DNA of 64,000 nt from Octopus bimaculoides. Lineage: Eukaryota. The notes under the pieces are model-generated. The model was not told the DNA's origin. It saw only the letters and a program-made list of their open reading frames with translations, and made no database searches. The position numbers were made by a program, and so were the translations under genes. The stretch is from contig NC_068984.1 of the NCBI RefSeq assembly GCF_001194135.2, positions 134,298,760-134,362,759 of the forward strand. The letters run 5' to 3'. This document shows, piece after piece, positions 41,927-54,706 of the stretch; position 1 is the first letter of the stretch, and every line of letters starts with the position of its first letter.

Positions 41927-44900
41927 GTTATTGTTATTATTATTATCATATCACCTGAATAACACATATGGACTAACAGTTAATATAAATTGCATTGTAT
42001 ACATGAATGATTTCTAAATATAATTTTCCTAGTAGAAAATATATTCCAGCCCTCAACTAATATTATTTCCATATTGATGATGTCACAAGATGAGAAATGC
42101 CAGTATCAATGGTATTTTGTTCATAGGTCTGTAGCAATTGCATATTTGTAAGAAATAAACAAAATTTATTTTCATTAAATTTTAGAAAATGTGTAGATAT
42201 TTTATTTTCATATATTACCATAACTATCAAATGTAATAAATTAAATATTCTTTTTGTTAATTGTTTTTTTAAAACCACTAAGTTAACAGAAATATTGGAG
42301 ATCATACCAATACTATGAATTATTTATTACTTGTTTTGTTGCTTTATATCTCATTGTAAGAGCTCAGCTGAAGTGAAATTATATAAATTATTTTTTGAAC
42401 ACCAGTTTTAATTTATTTTTAAGATCTTAAAAAGTATATTATGTTATGACAGCACTGATATATAGTAAAGTAAAAGAGCTTACCTTTGCAGCCTGCAATT
42501 ACTGGACCGTGAAGATGTGTGGCATTTGTTAACACTTTAGGATAAATGTCATTAAGGTCAATTGAAGCCATGCATCCTTGGAATCCGTGTTTAGAACGAA
42601 TTGATTTTGGTAAATTGGCAAAAACTGTCTTTTTTACCCCTCCAAGATAGAGGGGTCCCTCGAGATCAAAGTGGATAGCTCTTCCATTGAGGACGGGGAT
42701 CATCTCAGTAGGATTGATGTCAACTCGAAACAACTGAGAATTTTTCTCAAGGCGGGAGAGTGATACCAAATGCCATTGGTTGTCATTTAAGGGACCTGGA
42801 GTGTTTCCTTTTATCACTTGGGCCCCATTGCCCAGATTATATGTATAATAGATATAGCCATCTACAAGTTCTAGTGCAAGAAAGTCCTTTTCTTTGCCAC
42901 CGCTATACAGCAACAGGCCATCAGGTTCCGTGGTTTTGAATTTGAAAGAAATGACAAACAATAAATGGATGTTGAGTGTGCTTAGTTCGGCAAAGGCAGA
43001 TGTTTGCTTAAATGTGATTGGGTCTCTAGCAATGTTTGATCCCCCATCAAACTGTGCGCTGACTTCAATATTTTTTGCCTTGCCGGACTTTGCCATTTCA
43101 AAATAGTGTTTTTTATTGAAAACTAGCTGTTGCATGAGTCCAATAAAACTGGCATAACCATGAATTGTATTGTCATCTGTAAGTTTGCTAGCTTCACCAT
43201 GAAACTCTGAAACACTTGAAGTTGCAGGAAGCTCTTCTAGAATAAGAAAATTAATAGAAAATTGCTGATAATTGACATTTGAAAAAGTATCACAATGAAA
43301 AACTTGAATCTACTTTTTTTTTGTTAATTTCTTGGATCTTTCTACTTTTATATAAATAATTAAGTCTACTGACTAATGTCTATATTTATATACAAAGCAT
43401 ATTATTTATATTTTCCTTTAGGCAGAAAATTGCAGGGTCATTAGAGCATTGAATTAAATGCTTTGTGGTATTTGTTTAAACTCTTAGCACACTAAGATCA
43501 AATCCTTCCAAGGATTTTATTCTTTCAAAATCAATAAAAAGTATCAAACCAGGTCGATAGATTGAAGGAATGTTGGCCAGGCAGCTTGTGGTATCAGTTC
43601 AGACTCTTTGCATTCTGACTGCATTATTTGTGATGATGTTGATGCCAAGTTGCATTGGCCCAAACTGGTGGCTTTTTCCTTTTATAAACATCAGTATTTT
43701 GGAGAGAGGAGACTTGCATGCATGGGTAACTGTCAGTCTTTCTCAAAAAAAATCTTATCCAAATCTGGACATATGAGTACAAATACATGGTCAACCTTGA
43801 CTGATAAAAATCTCATATACATTTATAAAAAATATATAAAGATTCATTTATAAATATTGAAGTCTCAAAATGATTTAAACTGCATTAATATTTTTAATAT
43901 CAAGCAAGAATTATATTATTCTGAAGGTATGCTGAGTTAATAAATGAAATATTTTTCTAGTATTAGTTGTATAGTACATGACAACCTTATTAGTAGTAGT
44001 ATGGGGGCATGCACTGTAACAACATGTTGCTGAATACATTATTTGTTGGTAATTATCTACTCCTGGCAGATGATGCCTTTGCACAACTCAGGTGACAGCC
44101 ATCCAAGCCATGGGTCTGTTTGGGTAGTCATTGCTGGTGAGGGTTTTATGAGGTTGGAGTGCAAATCCAACCTCGACCACTTTTATTGCTTTTATGACAT
44201 GCAGAGATGTTGGGTTAAATTTTTGGCATGCCAGTCCCCACACAACACATCCTTACTGAGAACAAATAATGCTATCTAATATGAAGCTACTAAAAATATT
44301 ATCAGATTTATTATCAAAATAACTGCATAAAATATTTAAAGCATAACTATCATACATCAGTCAGGTAATTGGTACTTTTAATATTTTTCCTGCAAATAAT
44401 GAAATGTAAGATATTTACCCGAGGGTACAGGTCCAATTGAGCCAATATATATATACTCATATTTTAAAGTTTTTCTTAGTTCTGGTAGCTTATCTAGAAT
44501 AAAAAAGACATACAATATTTAAATGGATTTTTAAAATAAATCCTTTAACCTTTACTTCTACCTTTTTCAATAATATATATGCTTATAAGGAAATAATTAA
44601 GAAACAATTTAAATATTTATATCATAAAACTGATACTAGACATTTAGCAAAATCAACTTTCTCTTTCCAAGACTGTAAGGTTTATAGAGTTACAATATTC
44701 AGAAGTTTGTTAGCAGCATTAGCAGTTAAAATACTCTATCAAAAGATAAAATATTTGCTAACACTATATATTTTGTAACAGTTCTATCTTTTACTTTTAT
44801 CTATTATTTTAAAGTATTGATTTTCAGAGGAATATACAAATATTCAGCAAAGATGTTTGCTTACAGTTTTGGTTAATTATTTTTGAAACTCTATCAGTCA

Positions 44901-45068
44901 ATATTTTAAGCTTATTTTTCTGCAGTAGATGCAGGTATAGATGTGTGGGCATGAACATTGCTTTCCAACCACATGGTCTCAAGTTCAGTCTCACTTCATG
45001 GCACATTGGGCAAGTGTCTTCTGCAATATCCTCAGGCCAACTAAAGCTGGAAATTGAAGAAACTGGTT

Positions 45069-45125
<57 letters not shown>

Positions 45126-45664
45126 AATGCATATATGTGTATCTGGTTTATGTTGCTATGAGTGGTGTGTTGTCGCTTTTCCTGTCAACAACTTGTTTGC
45201 TTGCTTTGTGCCTTTGGAGATGTATGACACAAAAGATTCTTTTATTGAAAGACAGAAAAAGGTTACTGACAAGAAGAGCAGCTAATGCAAGATTGGTAAA
45301 ATGAAGATAAACAAATAAACAAACAATAGTATATGAAAAAATATTCTTACCAGTGACTGGTAAGTTATAATCAACTGCCAGCTCTACAGTTCTAGCTCTG
45401 CGCTTAACAAACACTGTGTGCCATTGTCCATCATTGAGACTTTGGCCAGTAATTAGGGTCTGAAAATAATAATAATAATAATAATAATGATAATTAATAT
45501 TCTATGGATGGAATTTATAAATATTTTAACGCATTGTTATGCACATTTCCACAAATCACATCTTTCTTATGATTTTGTATTCCTGAGATGATTACAGTAC
45601 AATCCATAATATCAATGGTTATCAGGAAGATCTTAGTTCATGCGTTCATTTCTTCAGGCAATAT

Positions 45665-45707
<43 letters not shown>

Positions 45708-48700
45708 ACTCTACCATCAGCAAGTTCTCTATACTTCAACTATCTCTAATAATTCTCTTCTCTAAGAGTGACATGGAAATGCTGGAATCATATTTAAATG
45801 AAGGATGGAAGTATCTATGAGAGGATAATTAATATTCGAATAATCATTCCATTTGGTTCAAACTTAAGACAATTGCAAATGCAATGAGATTACATCGATA
45901 TTTGATCAAAATATGAACTCTTCAATCTGAGAAAGAATTCTGTCTTTGAAAAGTATCTTTGTAAATTATTGGAAAGCACATTTTTGTAAAGAATATCCTA
46001 TAAATACCTATCATCTATACCAACAAATTATACTTCCTATCTCTGCAGATTTCATTCTGGCCTTAAAATCTTTTTGTGTATTTATTAATACATAAGCTAA
46101 ATACATAGAGAAATGAAGAGACAGCCATTATCAGGTGTATATGGCTTCATATGTATTGTATGTAAAATCCACACACATCACTGTCATTGTCATCACTGTT
46201 GGCTATTTCATTCTTTTCTCCTTTTGTTTGTTGTGCTGGTATGTCTGACAACTGGGAAAACTAATCATTGTATGGAACATGTGCCCACTCAAATTACATC
46301 AAATATATGGAGTGAGTTGTAGTTGGAACTGCCAGGTTTTTTATATTTGTCATTTGTCCTCTTCAATTCTGCAATATTGTTGTTCGATCATTTTGAAACA
46401 ACTGAGATGGTTTAATATCAGAGTTTATGATCTTCTACCTGTTCTCTTCCTTGGTTTTCAGATTCAATTTGGCCTTCATAATATGATCTGTTTGAGCTGA
46501 TCGATCTTTTCTAACATTGCATATGCATACATAAAATACACAGGTACCCCTATTTGAAAACTCATACACAAACACTTACACATGTAAACAAAAATATGTT
46601 TATATATATATATATATATATATATATGGAGTGAGAGATATAGATATTAAACTGGTATGATAACAATGCTATTTAGAGAACATAATAAATTTATCTAAAG
46701 TTTGTTGGAAAGTTATCTAAAGGAAGTGAATTTGTAACTCCAATTGATTTTTGTAGAAATAAAGTTACAAGAATTTGGTTAGTTGTTAATCTGTTTAGAA
46801 ACCATTTAGAAAATATAACTTTGCAATAAAAGCATAGTATTTTTTTTTTTCTTTGTAAAAAAATCCAAAGACTATTTACATACATATCTGTAACAAATAT
46901 CAACACATCTTTTCTGTACACTCCTTTAAAAAATTTTTGTTGTTGTTCTTTGTTTAAGTAAGTCTTTTAGAAAGATTATAAGAAATCTTCCGTTTCTCAG
47001 TTTACATTTTCTTGAAAATATTCCGTGTATTTGATAAATTACAAGCTGGGTGAATTTTCATTTTGTTTTATGAGAAACCAATATTTGATTATCTGTATTT
47101 CAATTAAATCATGCAATAGATTCTTTCCAAAGTATTGATAACTGATATCATAAAATATATTCTTTAATTTTTTTTATTAGTTGATGGTGGTACTGATGAA
47201 ATATAATTAATTTGAGTTATTTTCCTTTTCTTAGAAATCACAATATTTTATACAAATATTTCTATGGTTGATTTCAGTTCAAGTGCAGTTAAAGAAAAGT
47301 TTCACATGACTTTTTTTTAAGATTATGCATATTTAAACAAAGATTTTAATGTATATAAATAGAAACAAATCCTGGAAAAGTAAATGTTTTGCACCTAGTA
47401 AATTTTATCCTACTTCTTTCTAAACAATTAAATATTTATTAATTTACATTTTACCATGTTATCTAATATCTTTCTAAATTGCATTAATTGTAATTTACTT
47501 CAAGTTAGTTGTTATACTGTTCCATATGAATTGTTTTAGCACCAAATAATGCATGCAATAATAGAATATTAAATTTTTGAATTAAAGTAAATAGGTGAGG
47601 TGAGTATATTGGGAAAGATATATAAAGAGACTAGAGAATGCATTCTGGGGAAGAATGACATAATTTGGTGCTAGAATATAGTAATTAAAATAGTAGACAA
47701 AGTAAAATTTAAGGAAAAGATGTTATGATTGATATATCAAAAGATTGTAGGAGCATAATCATTGCTATCTTTCCAACTTAATCTAGCATGAAAAAATGGT
47801 CATTAAATTCATGATGGTGGTACTAATTATCTAACAGTCAAAAACATGAATCAATGTAACAGGTAGCACTTAAATGTACTAGTATCTCAGTAATTTCTAT
47901 TCCATAAAATCAATCTCTGACCAGAGTGTATTAACATTTCTTTTTCTACTCATAGAAATGATAAGACTTACAGTAACAGACATATAAAATTTATATTGCA
48001 GCTGATAAGTTTATGCCAATAAGTGATGCATATTAAACTTTCTTTATAGTCAAATTGTTAAGTCTAGGAATTACTATGTCTAGGAATCATTTATCCTGGA
48101 GCTGAAAACAGTTTTATCTATATTTAACATTCAGTTAATATTTACAATGCCCATAATGCTCTGTGGGTTGACAGTTGTAACATCACAATCTAATGCATCT
48201 TAATACAAGTTCTATATCTTAATACAAGTTCTTACAAATCCACTACTATCATTTGAAATCATTGTTAAACTTTAAATATTGCCATTCATACATATTACAC
48301 ATTCATACTCCTAAAAGTCTCCTTTCCATGCAATGACTATAAAATATTTTCACTTGATCTGTTTTTGATCTTCATAACACAAATATATCTTAGTTACTAG
48401 TACTCACTCTCGTGCCACTGCCAAGTTTAATAGTGAATTTAATGGTTCCTGATTCTAACAGCAACTCCATAATATCTTTAGATTTTCCTGAGGCAGCAAG
48501 GAAGAGCAACCCATGTGGTCTCACAGTGTTGAATCGCAATGATATATCTTCTACTTCAGATTTAGACTCTCCTTCCAATGTTATTTTCATGAACTGTGTG
48601 CCTTCAAAGTGAAGTGTTGAAGCCACTAAAAAAATGAAAATTTACATAATATTATTAATGGATCTTATAAAGTAATTCATAGTAAAATAATTTTAGAAAT

Positions 48701-51700
48701 TCTTTTTGACCATGGTACATGAACCTAATTCATTAATATAAATAATGCTTGTATTTTGATGTCATTGAAAATTTGATTCTTGTTCCTTTTAGTTCTATGG
48801 AAGTCACACATAGAAATATCCTTTTAACAACTTGCTTTTTATTGAATTATATTTTATAAATTAGTTTGTTTTAATATTCATTTCCCTTTTGAACAAGATA
48901 GCAACTAAAACATTTGCTACAATCAGCTATACACGGACCATGAAAACTAGAATTAAATTAATAATTGCACACAAAAATATTAGTATTTAAAAAAAATCTA
49001 GCTTAGAAAAACAATTATAAAAATAGCAATTATATTGATGATGATAATAATGTTGATGTGTTTATGAATATTTAAATTTAGTCAACTATGAAATCATCAT
49101 CATCATAGAAAGTTATTTCTAGAGATTTTAGAAATTTTAAAAGACAAGAAGTCAGTGATGCATGTTCTGCCGGCAGCTAGCCAAGAGAATGTCTTTAGCC
49201 AAGAGAATGAATTCTCAAATGGCCCAGTTCTCCTAACTGTAAAGTAGGCAGTTAGCCCCAGGTCAGTCCTGATTAAATAAATGAATTTATCAGTCATATG
49301 TCTGGATGTGACCTTACAAAATTGATATTTCATAGTGTTGCCTCTTTGGTACTACACATGTCCAGCCTGCTGGTTTGTGGTTGTTGGCTAGCCATTTATT
49401 TAACCATGATCATCCCAAATATCTTCTGCATCTACATGTGCAGACACTAGCTTCAACTAACAGGGGTCCCTAAAAATCAACTGTTTTCATTTAATTTGAA
49501 ATAACTCACCAGCACATGATGAAACACACTCTCTGGTTTCATAAAGCTAAAATAATAACTTACCATGTTCACATAGAGTACCATAATATCCAGTTTGCCT
49601 GCAATCACAAATGAATCGATTCCAGCCCTTGGCACAGTTTCCTTGGTGCAAGCAGGGACGTTTCAAGCACTGGGATTTCATGTTTTGACATTCATTTTTC
49701 ACTCCAGGTACCATTTGTTCGACACTCAACGCAGGTAATTCGAAAGACTCCCCATTCATAAAAAAGTTGGTCAAGCAACCAACAAACCCATATCCTAGCA
49801 CTCCAGCCCATATTTCTTTTGGCAATAAAAATCGATCTTCCCTATCACCGATGCCTCCTAAATAAAGTTTACCATGCGGGCTCAATACGCTCTTGCCAGG
49901 GATTGCATAATCCGTCCTATGTCCATCCACATCGATATACCCCGCTTCTTTTGTCATATTGATGTATATTTCATGTACTGAAGCATCGTTAATTTTTTGT
50001 TCTGTTACTCTCAGCCTTTGGGAGTTTAATCCGATACTGAAAACAAAGAACAAGAAGCCATCTAGCATTTCTACTGCTAAGAAGTCATCATGATTCTCGC
50101 TCCTACTGTTGTAGAGGAGAACACTGTTTGGTTCGTTGGTTACAAATTTGAGAGATAGGTTGCCTCCTTTGGAAACGTCCCATTTCGGAAGAGTGATGAA
50201 TGAGTCGGGCGATGTGAACGTAATAGGTTCTGGATCTATATGAATGTGACATTTTCCAAATTGCACATCCCCAACGACATCGATTAAGTCATGTTTATCT
50301 CTTCCAAGTTCAATCAAATTCAATTCAATACCATCGGCTTTGTAGAAGACCTGAAACACATATTTAAAGAAAATATACAGATTAGGAAAAATATATTAAA
50401 GAAAATATAATTGCAGTAAGAAGTATTTTGTTTTGAGATTCAGTGTTTAATCCAAATATCATTTGTTTAACATTCAATATGGATTCCCATTCATAAAAAT
50501 GTTGGTTAAGTAATCAGCAAACCCATATCACAGCACTCCAACACATATTGCTTTAGGCAATAAAAATGCCATAAGTGAACTTAATAAGCTTAATTTTGTA
50601 AGAAGAATAACATGTTGGAGTTCCATTTTATTGACTGTGGAAGAATAAAAGACAAAGTAAAATTAGTTGGAAAATTTGGATATAAATACAAATATGTAAG
50701 AAAATTCTTATGAATGATTCAACAAGTAACAAATAATTTTATAAAATCTAGTTTGGTGCCTCCAATGTTTGCATCCAAATACTAAATAAGTTTAGGAAAA
50801 GTGAAAAATAAAATTACAGGATCATCATGCAAGTAGTATTATTCTTTATTCTATATGCTAGTTTAACCCCACCAAAATTATTGTAATAATATTTGTAGAA
50901 TACTTTAACTAGTTTTGTTGATCTTTGAATGAATGATTAAGGTATATTTCCCCTTTCACACAGTATAAAATGAATAAAAACCAGTTTTAAGCTGTAAAAC
51001 AGACAGAAATTCTACAAGAATTTAATGAACTAAAAGTAAACATTTTATTGGACAGATAACTGCCAATAAAGTAATTAGATGAGTTACAGACTATAAAGCA
51101 TCGTAGACTTATTAGTGAAACAATATATTCTGAATTCTTGAAAGTATTACTGATAAGCTCCTACAGAGACAATAAAGGTTTTAGAGAATGACTTTCTCCA
51201 TAATTTAAGAAAGATACTTTTGGTAGAATATTCATAAAACTTAATAAAAGCATTGCAACTTCATTAAAACATCAGATTTTAAATCAGAAACATCATGTTC
51301 ATCTTTACAATTTCACTTTGACGTAGAATTAAGTTTAATAAGGTCAAAATTTCATACTATTGGATTAATGACTTTTAGATCCTGATCTTTTAAAGGAGAA
51401 CATGTGAATACATATGATTGTTAAAATACTTCAAAAATTTCATGTGTAAAACTGAAAATAATCAACATTTTAATGGTTCATATAAAAATAATCTATTTAC
51501 AGTTTGTTATAGATACAAGGGAAAACAGGTATTTCTCTAACAAGCATACTATTAGCACTGGCTATTTCTTTTATTGATCATGACTGAAATTTTATCATTT
51601 ATCACAAAGCATAATATTTTATTGACCCATTACTAGACATAAACTTCATTACTGTTGTTAATAAAATAACATTTCATAGGAAGTTCAACAATTAAAATAA

Positions 51701-51878
51701 GGTAATTCAAAGACATGCTTACCTTCCTCATACAGCCTTTGAAATTTTGTTTAAGCTTTGAGCCAGGTAGGTTTAACGTATTGAGACTTCCCCCTAAGAA
51801 AAGTACTTTGCTTGAAAGCAAAGTAAACGTTCCAATCGTTGTACCAATTTTCTTGATTGTATCCACTTGAAAAGTGAT
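33710..51878 (-). CDS. NRXN: Alpha-neurexin, internal multi-exon segment (end of LNS2-LNS3-EGF2-LNS4-LNS5-EGF3); 5' and 3' parts not found in the window
   Basis: Seven GT-AG exons join in frame (phases 0/0/1/0/1/1/1/1; 2218 nt). Neurexin-type motifs: [114 protein letters not shown]. Domain order matches alpha-neurexin (compared from memory, not by search). Confidence 0.96.
33849..33900 (-). CDS. Candidate alternative first exon encoding a signal peptide ([17 protein letters not shown]+1 nt) of a beta-neurexin-like isoform
   Basis: ATG at 33900 with an in-frame TAA three codons upstream; n-region Lys plus hydrophobic core; consensus donor AAG|GTGAGT in phase 1, the same phase as the EGF3 exon boundaries. 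No expression evidence. Confidence 0.5.
36858..37008. repeat. (TAG)n/(GGT)n trinucleotide microsatellite
   Basis: Direct reading. Confidence 0.95.
41878..41946. repeat. (ATT)n microsatellite
   Basis: Direct reading. Confidence 0.95.
42484..43236 (-). CDS. NRXN: Neurexin exon, end of LNS4 + LNS5 (EELPATSS...SFIGLMQQL...VIAGCK), 753 nt, phase 1-1
   Basis: Acceptor ttttcttattctag|AA (33 open codons upstream of the ORF-track ATG at 43135), donor AAAG|gtaagc. Confidence 0.95.
44419..44493 (-). CDS. NRXN: Neurexin exon, LNS4 ([25 protein letters not shown]), 75 nt, phase 1-1; not in the ORF track
   Basis: Acceptor tcttttttattctag|AT, donor TCGG|gtaaat; supplies the LxY/FxxIxIG strand (vertebrate LEFHNIETG) otherwise missing from the join. 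Confidence 0.82.
45351..45459 (-). CDS. NRXN: Neurexin exon, LNS4 ([36 protein letters not shown]), 109 nt, phase 0-1
   Basis: Acceptor ttattttcag|ACC, donor ACTG|gtaaga; LND..WH.V LNS signature. Confidence 0.94.
48408..48625 (-). CDS. NRXN: Neurexin exon, N-terminal LNS4 (VASTLHFEG...KLGSGTR), 218 nt, phase 1-0
   Basis: Acceptor ttttttag|TG, donor AGA|gtgagt; EDISLRF motif. Confidence 0.94.
49564..50350 (-). CDS. NRXN: Neurexin exon, LNS3 + EGF2 (VFYKADG...GTLCEH), 787 nt, phase 0-1
   Basis: Acceptor tgtgtttcag|GTC, donor CATG|gtaagt; lies within ORF 49547-50359; EGF has six cysteines. Confidence 0.97.
50429..50567 (-). pseudogene. Decayed intronic duplicate of neurexin LNS3/EGF2-proximal coding sequence
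   Basis: 50486-50567 matches exon 49751-49832 at 71/82 nt (hand count); weaker match extends to 50429 (exon 49681); contains an in-frame TGA and a deletion. Confidence 0.85.
51723..51878 (-). CDS. NRXN: Neurexin exon, C-terminal LNS2 ([12 protein letters not shown]...NFKGCMRK), 156 nt, phase 0-0
   Basis: Acceptor ctgtgatatag|ATC, donor AAG|gtaagc; resembles vertebrate VTISVDG...NFMGCLKE. Confidence 0.9.
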
Positions 51879-52489
51879 CTATATCACAGAATTAAAAATA
51901 AGAAAATTAGTTCATGAAAAATGGTTTCATACCATCTGTAAAGGAGACAGAATAATTTAAATAAATTATGGAGAAGCAATAAAATTGGTCCACATGAATC
52001 GAATATAAATCTCATATATAAATAAATGAGAAAGAAAAATAATAAGATACCAATAATAAAATTCATAAAAGACATTGCATATAATTTTTTGGGTAAAATA
52101 ATTTCTAATGTATGAATATCAGAAATTTTTACAATAAATAAGAAAAAAAAAAACTGTATTCAAAACACAGTATTCTATTGAAAAAACACAAGTAGAAATA
52201 TAAAAAAAAAAATCAAATGGTATTTCCAAAATGATATATAAATGTATACTTAAATATATACATACATACATGTGTGTGTGTGTACGTATATGTANNNNNN
52301 NNNNNNNNNNNNNNNNNNNNNNNNNNNNNNNNNNNNNNNNNNNNNNNNNNNNNNNNNNNNNNNNNNNNNNNNNNNNNNNNNNNNNNNNNNNNNNNNNNNN
52401 NNNNNNNNNNNNNNNNNNNNNNNNNNNNNNNNNNNNNNNNNNNNNNNNNNNNNNNNNNNNNNNNNNNNNNNNNNNNNNNNNNNNNNNNN

Positions 52490-52524
<35 letters not shown>

Positions 52525-52907
52525 ACCTACACATATATAGCCATATAAATATACGTGAGTTGGTGTTTCTACAGAAATATTCATTTCTTCGGTTTACATC
52601 TGTTTCTCCAAGCTGACATGGGTTGTACAGATATATATTTGTGGGTAGTATTTTAGGGATAAGCGCTCTTTGTCTTGAAAAATTTTACCAGTTTTATGTG
52701 TAGAGAACATTTTATTCCAGAAAAATAAGAAAGCACAAGCCTACAGAATGCATGATATATTCTTCACTGGGAATATATGCATGTCATCATTGTTTTTGCA
52801 TCGAGTGACATTTTGCAAAGAAGCTGAAATGAGATATTCATGCACGCACATATACTCATACATATATGCATCATACATACATGCAGACAGACATACATGA
52901 TTTATAT

Positions 52908-52941
<34 letters not shown>

Positions 52942-53756
52942 NNNNNNNNNNNNNNNNNNNNNNNNNNNNNNNNNNNNNNNNNNNNNNNNNNNNNNNNNNN
53001 NNNNNNNNNNNNNNNNNNNNNNNNNNNNNNNNNNNNNNNNNNNNNNNNNNNNNNNNNNNNNNNNNNNNNNNNNNNNNNNNNNNNNNNNNNNNNNNNNNNN
53101 NNNNNNNNNNNNNNNNNNNNNNNNNNNNNNNNNNNNNNNNNNNNNNNNNNNNNNNNNNNNNNNNNNNNNNNNNNNNNNNNNNNNNNNNNNNNNNNNNNNN
53201 NNNNNNNNNNNNNNNNNNNNNNNNNNNNNNNNNNNNNNNNNNNNNNNNNNNNNNNNNNNNNNNNNNNNNNNNNNNNNNNNNNNNNNNNNNNNNNNNNNNN
53301 NNNNNNNNNNNNNNNNNNNNNNNNNNNNNNNNNNNNNNNNNNNNNNNNNNNNNNNNNNNNNNNNNNNNNNNNNNNNNNNNNNNNNNNNNNNNNNNNNNNN
53401 NNNNNNNNNNNNNNNNNNNNNNNNNNNNNNNNNNNNNNNNNNNNNNNNNNNNNNNNNNNNNNNNNNNNNNNNNNNNNNNNNNNNNNNNNNNNNNNNNNNN
53501 NNNNNNNNNNNNNNNNNNNNNNNNNNNNNNNNNNNNNNNNNNNNNNNNNNNNNNNNNNNNNNNNNNNNNNNNNNNNNNNNNNNNNNNNNNNNNNNNNNNN
53601 NNNNNNNNNNNNNNNNNNNNNNNNNNNNNNNNNNNNNNNNNNNNNNNNNNNNNNNNNNNNNNNNNNNNNNNNNNNNNNNNNNNNNNNNNNNNNNNNNNNN
53701 NNNNNNNNNNNNNNNNNNNNNNNNNNNNNNNNNNNNNGCACATATATATATACATA

Positions 53757-54265
53757 CTACATTAAGCTCTACCCCCATCTCTAACAATCTGTCTACCCTC
53801 ACGTTCTTATGGCCCTTCACCTGCACCTTCTCTCTCCCGCTCCTCTGGCATTTCATCACAACAATTTTACCTTCTTCCCAACTACTTCCACCTTTATACA
53901 ATGCAGAGTAGCCATTTATCTTCCCCATAGCAAGACACTGTGCTTCACCTGCAATACATGATATAACCCAGCTCCCCACTCTCAAATATTTCCTCCACTT
54001 AACCAAAGAGGCTTTTCCATTCTCTTTTCTTGTTCTTCGCTTGCCTTGTAAGTTACGTGGTAACCACACTAGTGCTGATGGCAAGGAGAAGTATCCAGTA
54101 CAAAATGTAAAGTAGTTGGTGTTGGGAAGGGCATCCAACTGTAGAAACCATGCCAAAGCTGACATTGGGGCATGATGCAGCCCTGTGACTTGCTGGATCC
54201 TGTCAAATCATCCAACCTATGTCAGAATGGAAAATGGAAAATGAATGTTCCTTGATGATGATGCT
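53757..54265 (+). mobile_element. LINE/SINE 3' UTR-tail fragment (RTE-type tail)
   Basis: Ends ggaagggcatccaactgtagaaacc...gtcaaatcatccaacc...gatgatgatg, like 59700-59830. Confidence 0.55.
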
Positions 54266-54286
54266 CATTGGAGATAATGATGATGA

Positions 54287-54328
<42 letters not shown>

Positions 54329-54546
54329 ACACACTCACATGCACATACAAATTAGAAGGATGTAAATAAGTAGATATATAGATTTATTTTATAACTGTGT
54401 TCAACAAATTATATTTTGTTGGACACTCAGTTATGGATTACATGTATTAACATTCAGACTTTTTCTGACTGACTTTTTTTTATCCTAAGTAGATTAAGAT
54501 ATCCCAATGAACTTGCAACCCACTGCAATATGCACATACATACAAA

Positions 54547-54706
54547 CACTAGCATAGCTAGAGTGCATGCTACCTAGGGTGGCCCTTCTGTTTGTCACCC
54601 CCAGACCCTACATAACCACATATTGTCTACAATAGACCCCAAAGTAGTGCCCCTTTAAAAGTGCCACCTGGGACAGACCTCCCCTACTCCACTAGCTATG
54701 CTAGTG
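54547..54706. mobile_element. 160-bp hAT-like MITE with 15-bp TIR and 8-bp TSD
   Basis: TIR CACTAGCATAGCTAG / CTAGCTATGCTAGTG; flanking direct repeat CATACAAA at 54539-54546 and 54707-54714. Confidence 0.85.

Noticed and set aside
48198-48237. 19-bp tandem duplications here and at about 49178-49210
   Set aside because: Ordinary slippage duplications; the shared period is probably coincidence.
52741-54165. 474-aa ORF
   Set aside because: Mostly N; the rest is the antisense reading of a LINE/SINE tail region.
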